Notes: a model not told the origin generated them from the letters alone. A DNA stretch of 64,000 bases from Gammaproteobacteria bacterium (GCA_965208655.1 CBDBPJ010000006.1:259839-323838), one strand, 5' to 3'. Numbered from the stretch's first letter, positions 37,120 through 46,698 are shown. Program-made: numbers and translations.

Positions 37120-37680
37120 TTATTTGAGTTGCCTGTAATAATCTTCAACCTTTTCCATCAACCATTGCCATGCTGTCCGCTCTTTTTCTCCGGCGGTCTT
37201 TTTGATCGCGATGTCCAGGTATTCCAGTTCCGAGCGAATCTTCCGCTCCGGCAACATGTGTAACCGGCTTACCAGTATAGCCGCTTCAATTACCGCAGCC
37301 TGGGCGCGGTTGAAACCCTCGAACGGCGCATGGCTTGCCGAATGTACCGGCCGGCAGGTAAATACGGGTCGCAACTCGTCATCCTTGTGACCCTCTACCC
37401 TGACTTCAACGTGGGCATGGGCTGCAGCGAGTCTTTTACAGTCAATATGTGTTGCAGGTATCACCGGCCAGTCATCCCGGCCGGTCAAACACCCGGCAAT
37501 GACCATGACATCGGTGGTTGCGTTAATCACCGCCACGCCGGAGTTTACCAGGTTATCCAGTGTTCTTGACGGCTTGAACGGTGCGATCAGGTATTTTTCG
37601 TTCTCACGGCGGATACCCATGGGCGCGATGTGCACGCTCCCGTCCCCGTTCAACGTAGTAACGACCGTTTCGTAAATCAT
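37120..37680 (-). CDS. DUF447-family protein (flavin-reductase-like fold; often in H4MPT/methanofuran-linked C1 clusters)
   Basis: 186 aa: MIYETVVTTLNGDGSVHIAPMGI... Family assignment from memory. The stop overlaps the DHPS-like start region. Confidence 0.45.
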   Translation of the reverse strand: MIYETVVTTLNGDGSVHIAPMGIRRENEKYLIAPFKPSRTLDNLVNSGVAVINATTDVMVIAGCLTGRDDWPVIPATHIDCKRLAAAHAHVEVRVEGHKDDELRPVFTCRPVHSASHAPFEGFNRAQAAVIEAAILVSRLHMLPERKIRSELEYLDIAIKKTAGEKERTAWQWLMEKVEDYYRQLK

Positions 37681-39140
37681 CGGGATTTGCGTTTCCCTGC
37701 TTGCAGGGTTGTTCCTGCAGGTTTATATTCCTCAATAGTCCCATCCTTCAGGCCGTGCGCGGATTTCGCCCGCTTATCCTGTTCCCCAGCCGTTTGGGAA
37801 ACGGCCGCCACTCCCCAATCCAGCTCTTCATCCTGCACGTAGCGCTTACCGAGTCTCAGGGCAATCCCGGCCTTTGCCAGTTCCACTCCCATGTAAAAGG
37901 CATGGGGGGCGTCCTCCTTCAACAATTCCAGCGCCGGGAACAATTCAAAAGGATCCTGGCCTGTTAGCAGGCCGTCCCGGTTGTAGACATGAATGCCCTC
38001 AGGCGTTATTTCCACCCGGTAGCTGGGGTCCTTGATCTGTGCGGCCAGTTCCCTGATCTCGCCGATATCGTATGGAAAAGGTTTACGCGAATGGCCCGTG
38101 AGCAAGCCGCCGTCAACACCTTTCGGCAAGCCTTCATCCTGTTTTGCGGCGAGCATGATACGCCTGGCCAGGTCCAGTTCACGCACGACGGAACAGGCAT
38201 GGGGGCTGACTTCGGTCGCCAGCACGTGGTTGATGTCCAGTTCCGATATGATCCCGCACAGCATTGCGTTGATGCCGCTGGTATCCGCCTCGGTCAATTC
38301 GGTCAGGTTGCCGGTGCCCATCATGATCTCGATACCGGGGTAACGTTCCCTCAAGGCGTGATAACGGATAATGGAGTCGGTAAAGCCGAAATGGACAGGG
38401 TCCAGGATACTGTCGGCAATGAACGGCTTGTCCTGCGCTATGAATTTATCGATCAGCCGGTACAGGGAGGGCAGGTCGGTGTGTTGTTCCGGGATCAGGA
38501 TGGGGACGGCGTCCGTTTCTTCCGCTATCCAGGCGCTGCTCTCATGCAGGCTCAGCAGGTAATCCGCGCCCGCCCTGGCGCCGCGCAGCAACTCTTCATC
38601 CTCCAGGGAATCGACGCTGACCTTGTAACCCGCGTCATGCAGGGCTCGAACCGCCTCTTCCAGGTGCGGGAAGGGCGTATCCGGCAGGCAGCCCAGATCG
38701 ATGACGTCGGCGCCGTCCCGTTTATACCTGGCGGCTCTCGCCAGGATGGCGCCAACACTGATCTGCGGAGCCTCCACTATCTCGGCAAAAATGCTGACAC
38801 TGTATTTATCCAGGCTGACAGGTTCCGCGGCCCGGCCGAAAAAAACGGGCAGGTCCTTGACGTCAACAGGACCCCGTTGCACCGGTGTGCCCAGGGACTT
38901 GCTCAGCAATTCCAAGTCACCCTGGCACAGTCCCGGAACAATGATCCTGTCCACTCCGACAACGTCATGCAACCGGCGCCCGATCATCTGTGCCGTCATC
39001 AGCGCGGCGACACTGACGCCGATCTCTCTTGCCTCCCAGGTAAACTCGACCGGCTGCATATCCCCAAGGACGCGTCGCAAGCGCTTTTCCGCAAGCTTGC
39101 CGGTCAGAAAGAGAATGTGCTCGGTCATGGGGTTTTTCAT
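37677..39140 (-). CDS. dihydropteroate synthase-like pterin-binding protein (archaeal MptH-type, tetrahydromethanopterin biosynthesis), two-domain
   Basis: 487 aa. Central Pterin_bind-like segment (GADVIDLGCLPDTP ... DSLEDEELLRGARAGADYLLSL ... IMMGTGNLTELTEADTSGINAMLCGI). Extra N- and C-terminal regions are unlike the canonical 281-aa folP at 41584. Confidence 0.55.
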   Translation of the reverse strand: MKNPMTEHILFLTGKLAEKRLRRVLGDMQPVEFTWEAREIGVSVAALMTAQMIGRRLHDVVGVDRIIVPGLCQGDLELLSKSLGTPVQRGPVDVKDLPVFFGRAAEPVSLDKYSVSIFAEIVEAPQISVGAILARAARYKRDGADVIDLGCLPDTPFPHLEEAVRALHDAGYKVSVDSLEDEELLRGARAGADYLLSLHESSAWIAEETDAVPILIPEQHTDLPSLYRLIDKFIAQDKPFIADSILDPVHFGFTDSIIRYHALRERYPGIEIMMGTGNLTELTEADTSGINAMLCGIISELDINHVLATEVSPHACSVVRELDLARRIMLAAKQDEGLPKGVDGGLLTGHSRKPFPYDIGEIRELAAQIKDPSYRVEITPEGIHVYNRDGLLTGQDPFELFPALELLKEDAPHAFYMGVELAKAGIALRLGKRYVQDEELDWGVAAVSQTAGEQDKRAKSAHGLKDGTIEEYKPAGTTLQAGKRKSR

Positions 39141-39399
39141 TTATCCGCAGATTAACGCAGATTAGCGCAGATAATAAGAACATAAAAGCTGGAAGATCGA
39201 TTAATAATTGGTTGTTATCAACCAGTGCCGCTGCAGAGTGGTTTAATAAAATGACTATTACTGATATAATTGTTCAGTTACAAAATTAATAACCTTTTGT
39301 TTTGTAACGATATTATTTTGACGTGGGGAACCCCGCAGAATCTGGCACAATTTTCGCTCTATATTTCCGAATATAACAGACAACGAAACATAAACAGGT

Positions 39400-40128
39400 A
39401 TGACAGAAACACTGACTCCCTGGCCCCGGCAGGAATTTGAACAGCGCTTGCGTGACAAGGAGAGGTATTACCATATCCATCACCCGTTTCACGTTTTGAT
39501 GAATTCCGGGAAACTGGACAAGCCGGCGATACAGGGCTGGGTAGCCAACCGATTCTACTACCAGACCAGCATCCCGGTAAAGGATGCCGCCATCATGGCC
39601 AACTGCCGCGAACGCGACGTCAGGCGTCAATGGGTACAGCGCATTATCGACCACGACGGCCAGGCAGGTGAGGACGGCGGTATCGAGGCATGGCTGCAAC
39701 TGGGCGAAGCCGTGGGCATGGACCGGAATGAACTAATCTCGGAGGAACATGTACTGCCGGGTGTTCGCTTCGCCATTGACGCCTATTACAACTTTGCCCG
39801 CACGGCCACCTGGCAGGAAGCGGCCTGCTCATCGCTCACCGAATTGTTCGCGCCCAAAATACACCAGAAGAGGCTGGACAACTGGCCCCGGCACTACACC
39901 TGGATTGACGAGAAGGGATACAACTATTTCCGCAAGCGATTGAGCGAGGCAAGGCGGGACGTACAGCACGGCCTGGACGTGACGCTGGATTATTTCAGGA
40001 CCCGGGCAGACCAGGAACGGGCCCTGAACATACTGCAACTGAAGCTGGACATACTCTGGACCATGCTGGACGCCATGTGGATGGCTTACATTGAAAACAG
40101 GCCGCCTTATCACTGTGTTGAAGCATAA
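39400..40128 (+). CDS. pqqC: pyrroloquinoline-quinone synthase PqqC
   Basis: 242 aa. [47 protein letters not shown]...[13 protein letters not shown] is the PqqC (TenA/HO-like) signature. Confidence 0.9.
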   Translation: MTETLTPWPRQEFEQRLRDKERYYHIHHPFHVLMNSGKLDKPAIQGWVANRFYYQTSIPVKDAAIMANCRERDVRRQWVQRIIDHDGQAGEDGGIEAWLQLGEAVGMDRNELISEEHVLPGVRFAIDAYYNFARTATWQEAACSSLTELFAPKIHQKRLDNWPRHYTWIDEKGYNYFRKRLSEARRDVQHGLDVTLDYFRTRADQERALNILQLKLDILWTMLDAMWMAYIENRPPYHCVEA

Positions 40129-40384
40129 TATTCCTGAAATTGCCCCCACCTTCCGCTTCCAGTGGGAGGAAGCCCAGGATTGTTACGTTATCCTGTACCC
40201 GGAGGGCATGGTGAAACTCAGCGGCAGCGCCGGCGAGATCATGAAACGTTGTGACGGCAGTAAAAGTACAGATGACATCATCGCCGAACTTGAAACCGCA
40301 TTTCCGGGGGTAGACCTGGAAGACGACGTGCGTAACTTTATAGAGAATGCAAAAGACAATGGCTGGATCAGATACAAATCGTAG
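40091..40384 (+). CDS. pqqD: PQQ biosynthesis peptide chaperone PqqD
   Basis: 97 aa. [47 protein letters not shown] is a typical PqqD. Overlaps the pqqC 3' end. Confidence 0.8.
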   Translation: MKTGRLITVLKHNIPEIAPTFRFQWEEAQDCYVILYPEGMVKLSGSAGEIMKRCDGSKSTDDIIAELETAFPGVDLEDDVRNFIENAKDNGWIRYKS

Positions 40385-41510
40385 CAAGCCGCTTTGGCTG
40401 CTGGCTGAACTCACTTACCGCTGCCCGTTGCAGTGTCCTTACTGCTCGAACCCGGTGGAGATCGCCAAATACAACAACGAACTTAGCACCGAAGACTGGA
40501 TAAGGGTCCTGCAGCAGGCGCGCAAGATGGGTGCGACTCAGCTGGGTTTCTCAGGGGGCGAACCCCTGGTACGGCGGGATCTGGAGGACCTCATCCGCGA
40601 AGCCCGGCGTCTTGGTTACTACACCAACCTGATTACCTCCGGGGTGGGCATGGACGCCGATCGCGTGGAGAAATTCAAGGAGGCGGGCCTTGACCATATC
40701 CAGATCAGTTTCCAGGCCAGCAATGAAGAGTTGAACAATTATCTCGGCGGCAGCAAAAGCTTCCGGCACAAACAGGAGATGGCCAGGGTGGTCAAGGCGT
40801 ATGAATACCCCATGGTCCTGAACATCGTGCTGCACCGGAAAAACGTCGACCAGATACGCGATATCCTCGATATGACCGTGGATTTGAACGCCGATTACGT
40901 GGAACTGGCCAGCACCCAGTATTACGGCTGGTCAAGGGTCAACATCGAGCAGTTGCTGCCCACCCGGGAACAGCTTGCCAGAGCGGAAATAGTGGCGAAG
41001 GAATACCAGGAAAAGATGAAGGACAGGATGAAGATCATCTACGTGATCCCGGATTATTTCGAGAACCGTCCCAAGGCCTGCATGAACGGCTGGGGGTCGA
41101 TCTTCCTGACCATCGCTCCCGACGGCAGCGCCCTCCCCTGCCATGCCGCCGCCCAGTTGCCGGGGCTGGAATTCCCCAATGTCAGGGAGCACAGCATCGA
41201 CGAAATCTGGAATGGTTCCGATGCATTTAATAAATTCCGTGGATTTGACTGGATGCAGGAGCCCTGCAGGAGTTGCCCGGAAAAAGAGAAAGACTTCGGC
41301 GGCTGCCGCTGCCAGGCTTACATGCTGACCGGCGACGCCACCAACGCAGACCCCGTGTGCGATAAATCACCCCACCACGGGCAATTACACGCCGACGTGG
41401 ACCGGATCGACAGCTTGTCCGGCACGAAAGAATTTGAGAGCAAGCCGCTGGTATTCCGGAACATGCGCAACTCCAAGGACATCATGAGAGACAGCGTCAT
41501 TCCTGGCTGA
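40347..41510 (+). CDS. pqqE: PQQ biosynthesis radical SAM enzyme PqqE
   Basis: 387 aa. [21 protein letters not shown] (CxxxCxxC), C-terminal SPASM Cys cluster ([24 protein letters not shown]...PVCDKSP). Overlaps pqqD. Confidence 0.9.
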   Translation: MQKTMAGSDTNRSKPLWLLAELTYRCPLQCPYCSNPVEIAKYNNELSTEDWIRVLQQARKMGATQLGFSGGEPLVRRDLEDLIREARRLGYYTNLITSGVGMDADRVEKFKEAGLDHIQISFQASNEELNNYLGGSKSFRHKQEMARVVKAYEYPMVLNIVLHRKNVDQIRDILDMTVDLNADYVELASTQYYGWSRVNIEQLLPTREQLARAEIVAKEYQEKMKDRMKIIYVIPDYFENRPKACMNGWGSIFLTIAPDGSALPCHAAAQLPGLEFPNVREHSIDEIWNGSDAFNKFRGFDWMQEPCRSCPEKEKDFGGCRCQAYMLTGDATNADPVCDKSPHHGQLHADVDRIDSLSGTKEFESKPLVFRNMRNSKDIMRDSVIPG

Positions 41511-41517
41511 AAAAAGG

Positions 41518-41603
41518 ATATTTGGGGTCAGAGTAAAAATACCGTCAGGCTGGCTAGTAGTGCTTGTTTCTTGCGGGGTATTTTTACTCTGACCCCAAAT
41601 ATC
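41518..41603. repeat. 26-bp perfect inverted repeat (TTTGGGGTCAGAGTAAAAATACC family), probable bidirectional terminator
   Basis: atatttggggtcagagtaaaaatacc (41518-41543) pairs with ggtatttttactctgaccccaaatat (41578-41603). The right arm overlaps the folP stop codon. A partial copy of the same motif lies at 5382-5415. Confidence 0.6.
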
Positions 41604-42429
41604 CCTGCCTGCTGCGAAGCGCCCAGGTGACATCCAGGGCCTGGCGGTTCTCCTTTATATCGTGCACTCGCAGGATGCTGACGCCGGCAAAGGTGCCGAT
41701 TGTCGTAGTCGCGCAGGTGGCTCCGACCAGTTCGCTGTAGCTGGTTATATCGCAAATTGAACCCATGAAGCGTTTTCTGCTGGCTCCCAGCATCACCTTG
41801 TAGCCGGTTGCCTTAAAACGGTCCAGGTTCATGATGATATCCAGGTTGTCGTATTTGGATTTACCGAATCCGATGCCCGGATCGATTACCAGGTTCTCCT
41901 TCTTGACGCCGGCATCCCGGGCACCTGCAGCGCGTTCCTGCAGGAAAGACTTGATCTCTTCCACTACGTCGGTGTACTGCGGATTGTCCTGCATGGTCCT
42001 GGGAACACCCTGCATATGCATGATGATATAGGGGACTCCGGCTTCGGCAACCAGCCGGAACATGCCTGGGTCATCCCGGCCTGCAGAGATATCATTGACG
42101 ATGGCTGCCCCCTGCTCGAGTGCGGCGCCGGCTACCAGGGACGAGGCGGTATCTATGCTGATGGGAACTTCTGCCGGAAGCTCCTGCTGCAGTTGCCTGA
42201 TAACCGGAATCACGCGCTGCATTTGTTCCTCAGGCGTCACCCGGTCAGCGCCCGGGCGGGTGGATTCCCCGCCGATGTCTATCAGGTCCGCACCCAGTTC
42301 CACCATTTCATGCGCGCGATCCACGGCGGCAACCAGATCCAGATGCAGGCCGCCGTCGGAAAAGCTGTCCGGAGTTACGTTAAGGACTCCCATGAGCAAA
42401 GGTTTGGCGGATGAATCTGGTAGTTTCAA
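41584..42429 (-). CDS. folP: dihydropteroate synthase
   Basis: 281 aa: LLMGVLNVTPDSFSDGG...GADLIDIGGESTRPGA...GASRKRFMG are canonical DHPS motifs. Confidence 0.85.
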   Translation of the reverse strand: MKLPDSSAKPLLMGVLNVTPDSFSDGGLHLDLVAAVDRAHEMVELGADLIDIGGESTRPGADRVTPEEQMQRVIPVIRQLQQELPAEVPISIDTASSLVAGAALEQGAAIVNDISAGRDDPGMFRLVAEAGVPYIIMHMQGVPRTMQDNPQYTDVVEEIKSFLQERAAGARDAGVKKENLVIDPGIGFGKSKYDNLDIIMNLDRFKATGYKVMLGASRKRFMGSICDITSYSELVGATCATTTIGTFAGVSILRVHDIKENRQALDVTWALRSRQGYLGSE

Positions 42430-43379
42430 CTCAGGCGCCCAGCCATTTCATCGGTTGCGGTAACCAGGGCATCCACCATGACGGATTCACCGGCCAGGTG
42501 CCCTCCTTCCCTGACTACAACCAGTTCGGATTCCGGTAACGCCTGGTGTAACGACCAGGATGCATCCAGCGTACAGGTGAGGTCCCGGCGTCCGTGGATG
42601 ATCCTGGTCGGCACCGCGGGAAGTTGAGCCACGTTATCCAGTATCCGGTTCTCGGCAATAAAGTAGCGGTGTTTTGCATAGTGGGTCTCTATCAGCACCT
42701 CACAGACGGTTTTGTCGACATCGCCCGGGGTATACTCCCCCGTCGCCCCCGGCAACATGTAAGTGACAATCCGCCCCGCCCATTTTGACCAGGCGAGAGA
42801 GGCGGCCTCCCGGAGTTTCCGGTCCGCGCCATGCACACGGGCATGGTAAGCGGAAACCAGGTCATGTCTTTCTTCCTCCGGGATGATTCCCGTGAACTCC
42901 CGCCAGTAATCGGGAAATATCATGCTGGCGCCGTGCCTGCCGAACCAGTCCAGGTCTTTTTGCCGTGCCAGGAAGGTGCCGCGCAGGACCAGGGCCAGAA
43001 CCCGGGAAGGATGCGACTGCGCGTACAATAACCCCAGCGTGGCGCCCCAGGAACCGCCGAAAACCATCCACTGATCGATCCCCAGGTGCTCTCTTATGCG
43101 TTCGATATCCCGCAGCAAATCCGGAGTTGAATTGTTCCTTGTCTCACCCGCCGGTGTTGAGCGGTTGCAACCGCGCTGGTCAAACAGGACCACCCGGTAT
43201 TTTTTCGGATTGAAATAGCGCCGGTGATTCTCGTTACAGCCGGAACCGGGACCGCCGTGGAGAAATATAACGGGAGTACCTCGTGTATTGCCCGTCTCCT
43301 CGACATGGAGAGTGTGTACCTGATCTACCTTCAGGCGATAGCTCTTCGTCGCTCCTATTTCAGGGTATAACTCTCGCAT
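42426..43379 (-). CDS. pip: proline iminopeptidase (S33 alpha/beta hydrolase)
   Basis: 317 aa. PVIFLHGGPGSGCN...VVLFDQRGCNRSTP...VFGGSWGATLGLLYA (GxSxG). Overlaps folP by 4 nt. Confidence 0.85.
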   Translation of the reverse strand: MRELYPEIGATKSYRLKVDQVHTLHVEETGNTRGTPVIFLHGGPGSGCNENHRRYFNPKKYRVVLFDQRGCNRSTPAGETRNNSTPDLLRDIERIREHLGIDQWMVFGGSWGATLGLLYAQSHPSRVLALVLRGTFLARQKDLDWFGRHGASMIFPDYWREFTGIIPEEERHDLVSAYHARVHGADRKLREAASLAWSKWAGRIVTYMLPGATGEYTPGDVDKTVCEVLIETHYAKHRYFIAENRILDNVAQLPAVPTRIIHGRRDLTCTLDASWSLHQALPESELVVVREGGHLAGESVMVDALVTATDEMAGRLS

Positions 43380-43387
43380 GGGCGATA

Positions 43388-44338
43388 TTATATCTCGCCC
43401 AGGATCTGCTCTCTCTTCTGTTGGTATTCTTCGGCGCTGATCAGTTCCTTGTCACGCAGGTCCTGCAAGGTCGCCAGTCTCTGCTCGATGGTCTGGGGTG
43501 AGCTGCTGCCGTTCGAGGATTTCATTTCCTTGCGCATCTTCGCCATCTCCAGGCGCATTTCCCGTCTTTCCCGCGCCATCCTGGCCGCTTCTGCCTGCAT
43601 GGCTGCGCTGGTCACAGTCTCTTCTGGCGCCTGTTCTGCCTTCTGGGCCAGGTATACCGAAGCTGCCTGCTCCAGGTCTATCTCAACCCAGTCCCGGCGC
43701 ATCTTTTTGCCGTCTACATGAGGCTCAACGCCGGCCATGCCGACTATTGAACCCTTGAAACCCACCGATTTGGCCCGGCGGCCGTGTTTGAAGTATTGTT
43801 TTGTGGCCGTTACGCCATGGCTCCTTTCAACTGTTTCCTTGAACCTGTCGCCTTCATGATCATAATCGCCGATGATGAGATGCAGCTTGCCGTCCAGGTA
43901 GAACACCCTGCCTCCGGTATAACCGGTGTTCCGGAGAACGAGATATTTCTTTTCCGAACGGGCCAGCACAAAGACGATGTCCTGGTCCGATCTCGCTCTG
44001 GATAAACCGGCACTGATATATTGTCCCAGCAGACGTGACTGCTGCAGGGAAAACAGTGTATTGCGTTTCTTTTTCTTGAAGAAACCCCCGCCAGAATTGG
44101 CTTCGATTCCTTCAAGGGCATTGACAACCAGGTCGGCTTCCAACTGCACCGGGTGCTGGTTCGGTGGCGTCACATCCTTTTTGGACTTATCCTGGTCCGT
44201 CAGCCGGATGTACAGGTTAGCCCCTGATTTCCACAGGTCTTCATCGTTTGTACCGAAATTGGGCAATAAATCAGCCCGGATAGTGCCTGCGTACAGCAGC
44301 AGCAAGTACAGGATGCCTGTTTTGGTAGATTTTCTCAT
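43388..44338 (-). CDS. hypothetical secreted protein with C-terminal SHOCT domain
   Basis: 316 aa. Signal peptide, central globular domain, Ala/Glu/Arg/Met-rich coiled-coil segment. C-terminal IEQRLATLQDLRDKELISAEEYQQKREQILGEI fits the SHOCT oligomerisation motif. Confidence 0.45.
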   Translation of the reverse strand: MRKSTKTGILYLLLLYAGTIRADLLPNFGTNDEDLWKSGANLYIRLTDQDKSKKDVTPPNQHPVQLEADLVVNALEGIEANSGGGFFKKKKRNTLFSLQQSRLLGQYISAGLSRARSDQDIVFVLARSEKKYLVLRNTGYTGGRVFYLDGKLHLIIGDYDHEGDRFKETVERSHGVTATKQYFKHGRRAKSVGFKGSIVGMAGVEPHVDGKKMRRDWVEIDLEQAASVYLAQKAEQAPEETVTSAAMQAEAARMARERREMRLEMAKMRKEMKSSNGSSSPQTIEQRLATLQDLRDKELISAEEYQQKREQILGEI

Positions 44339-44411
44339 ACGATTGGTTAAGCGTGGTTCTCAAACACCTTGGATGAAGCAATTATAGAATAATCCCCGTC
44401 CCAAAACAAAA

Positions 44412-44440
44412 AGGCGCACAGTGTGCGCCTTTTCGTCGGG
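44412..44440. terminator. bidirectional rho-independent terminator
   Basis: aaaaaggcgcacagtgtgcgccttttcg is a GC stem flanked by an A-run and a T-run. On the minus strand it is followed by tttttgtttt, downstream of the porin gene. Confidence 0.7.
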
Positions 44441-44471
44441 CCAGACAGACCCTCTTTTGCTTAATACAAAC

Positions 44472-45677
44472 TTACCAGAGCAGGAACCCGCCGATGGAGA
44501 ACGTGTCTACATCATCGTGTCCAAGTATGTCATGGCTGTAGTTGCCATATTCGGCAACAACCTTCAACCAGGAAGTGACATCATGGTAAACACCGACTGT
44601 CCACAGGTCGCTCTCCCATTTGGGAATACCATACATCGCATCGCCATCCTGTCTCGACTCGCCATAGCCGCCGCCGATCTTGGTGGTGCCGTTGAAGGTG
44701 TAAGCCGCCTGGAAGTAGAAACCGTCGTTGTCGGCTTCGTTACAACCCATAGCACTGCAATTGAAGCCAAATCCTCCACCGCTGCTGAATAATATGACAC
44801 CCAGAGCTTCGCCGTCATAGTACTGACCTGTCATGCTGAATCCCTGAGCAGCGACCGAGGCGCCGATGTTCCAGCCTACTGATTCCACGTCACCCGTGCC
44901 GCCTGCCGGAGAACCGGTGATTTCCTGCTCCTGCCAGAGGAAGCCGGCCCAGCCGCTGAAACTGCCGCCCTCGAACGCAGAGTTGAAAGTAGCCTCGGCC
45001 TGGAACTGCGGGGTATCCGTTTCGGAACTCCAACCGGGGGCAGTACCAAGCAATCCACCCGGCTCCTGGGGATCAAAGATACCTACGGACAGTTGAAAAC
45101 CGTTCATGTCCGGGGTCTGGTAGACAAAGCGGGTGCGGAAATCGGGATACACATAACCGGCGCCGATACGGCCCAGAGTGGTGCCGCCGCCATCCGGACC
45201 TACCAGGTAACCCACACCAAACAAGGTAATATCTTTCAGGATGGCCTGACGCCCGAACAGGGCCAGGGTACGGCCTGCGCTGATGGTGCCGAAATCACCG
45301 GATACGTTGAAGAACACTTCACGCATATCGATGTTCGAAGTCGTTCCAAACAGGCCCGATTTATTCAGGCGGCTGCCCTTCTCGGCAGAACTGTCCACCG
45401 CGAAGGTAATCTGGCCGGTGCCGGTCAGACCGTTCACTTCGGGAGTCTTGACCACCATGGTATGGAAGGAAGGCAGCAGACCCTCGTTCAGGTGGGCGCT
45501 GTCTTCAGTACCGAAATCACTCTGGGTATAGAACAGGTTGATAAAGCCGCCGTAGCTGACTTCCCAACCGTCCGCGCCACCCAGTACGACAGCCGCATTG
45601 GCGGGCATGCTGAAAGCAGCGACCAGCGCGAGCGTGCTCAGTGTGGTTGCGATCTTGGTTGTATATGATTTCATCAT
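44472..45677 (-). CDS. outer-membrane porin (general beta-barrel porin)
   Basis: About 401 aa. Signal peptide ending ANA, alternating beta-strand pattern, C-terminal ...FSIGGFLLW. Start placed at the ATG preceded by AGGAGGAGA. The ORF extension to a TTG at 45689 is rejected. A 300-nt AT-rich promoter region lies upstream. Confidence 0.7.
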   Translation of the reverse strand: MMKSYTTKIATTLSTLALVAAFSMPANAAVVLGGADGWEVSYGGFINLFYTQSDFGTEDSAHLNEGLLPSFHTMVVKTPEVNGLTGTGQITFAVDSSAEKGSRLNKSGLFGTTSNIDMREVFFNVSGDFGTISAGRTLALFGRQAILKDITLFGVGYLVGPDGGGTTLGRIGAGYVYPDFRTRFVYQTPDMNGFQLSVGIFDPQEPGGLLGTAPGWSSETDTPQFQAEATFNSAFEGGSFSGWAGFLWQEQEITGSPAGGTGDVESVGWNIGASVAAQGFSMTGQYYDGEALGVILFSSGGGFGFNCSAMGCNEADNDGFYFQAAYTFNGTTKIGGGYGESRQDGDAMYGIPKWESDLWTVGVYHDVTSWLKVVAEYGNYSHDILGHDDVDTFSIGGFLLW

Positions 45678-45991
45678 TCTCCTCCTCAAGGAAAGGTATT
45701 AAGCCAAAAGTTACTTCGTTTTTAAAAATTCTTTATTCCAGCTTATAGAGTCCTACCTATTTCTGTAGAATATTGCATAACTGGAGAAATTGCAACATAT
45801 AAAAGGCACATTTACAACACTTTTTTTCATTTTTTTTGCCATAAGCCACGGTTCTGTTTCTTTTACACAACACAAGCTGCGCTGGAACGAAAAAAGGGAT
45901 GCCGTACGACTATTTCCGGCCTCACGAGTGCAGCGCCGGGTTTATCGTCCAAGTATATAACTAATTCATGCCGAATCAAACCTTTTTCGGC

Positions 45992-46297
45992 TCACCCACC
46001 CCCTTTCTGGTACGCCAGGTCGAAGCGGGACAGGAAAGCTGCCTGATCGGCGGCGCTGAAACCGTTGAATTCGATGGTGACTTCGGTCACGGGGAATTCC
46101 ATGAGGGCCAGTTTTCTTATGGTTTCGGGCGCCAGCATAATTTTCACGACACCGCTACTTGTATTGATTTCGGCCTGGTCGCCCCGTCGTGAAACAGGGG
46201 CGCCACCGGCCGCCCTGGGCAGCAAACGGAAAAACTCCCTGTGAGAGATGCTCATTTCGCGGGTGAGGCTGCTGTGCGTTGGCTGAGTGGTACTCAT
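45992..46297 (-). CDS. small hypothetical protein ending in Gly-Gly-Gly, last gene of the AOR operon
   Basis: About 101 aa from ATG (MSTTQPTHSS...). C-terminus ...LSRFDLAYQKGGG*. No family recognised. Co-oriented with and 64 nt downstream of the MoaD-like gene. Confidence 0.35.
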   Translation of the reverse strand: MSTTQPTHSSLTREMSISHREFFRLLPRAAGGAPVSRRGDQAEINTSSGVVKIMLAPETIRKLALMEFPVTEVTIEFNGFSAADQAAFLSRFDLAYQKGGG

Positions 46298-46376
46298 GGC
46301 AAGACCGGTCACACTGATGGATGTGGAAATGTAACTGCCGGGAGGCAGGTTAAACCCTGTTCCCTTTTTTTATGGC

Positions 46377-46628
46377 TCAGCCACCGGCCACCGGCGGCCA
46401 TATTGCCAGGGTATCTCCATCGTTGAATACAGCCTTGCTGCGGTCTTCCGGATTTACATAAACACCATTCAGCAAGACGAGGTGCGCCATTTCCCTGGGG
46501 ACGCTGTACCTGTCTATAAGTTCATAGGCCGTAATGTGTTCGGATATCTCTATGACAAGTTTGTTATCCACCGCGTCGGGGGGAAGATAATCGGTCAGAC
46601 CGGCGTAGAGTTTGAGTGTGAGTTTCAT
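46377..46628 (-). CDS. MoaD/ThiS-family ubiquitin-like sulfur-carrier protein (AOR operon-associated)
   Basis: 83 aa, C-terminal ...LAIWPPVAGG* (Gly-Gly). Confidence 0.7.
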   Translation of the reverse strand: MKLTLKLYAGLTDYLPPDAVDNKLVIEISEHITAYELIDRYSVPREMAHLVLLNGVYVNPEDRSKAVFNDGDTLAIWPPVAGG

Positions 46629-46652
46629 GGTGTTGTGTCGCAGCGCGACGGG

Positions 46653-46681
46653 TTGTATAACTGGTTTCCCGCTTGCGCGGG
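46653..46681. repeat. REP/dRS3-like palindromic element
   Basis: ggtttcccgcttgcgcgggaacgacgatg lies between the MoaD-like start and the FAD-oxidoreductase stop. Confidence 0.55.
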
Positions 46682-46698
46682 AACGACGATGAGATTGC

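Noticed and set aside
37989-39155. 388-aa plus-strand ORF
   Set aside because: Antisense to the 487-aa DHPS-like gene. No motifs.
39319-39441. Possible pqqA: TTG-initiated small ORF upstream of pqqC beginning (M)TWGTPQNLAQFSLYISEYNRQRN
   Set aside because: It has W-x-x-P spacing like PqqA (MWTKP) but lacks the essential E-x3-Y (Glu/Tyr cross-link) motif, and it runs into the pqqC start in another frame. Not convincing.
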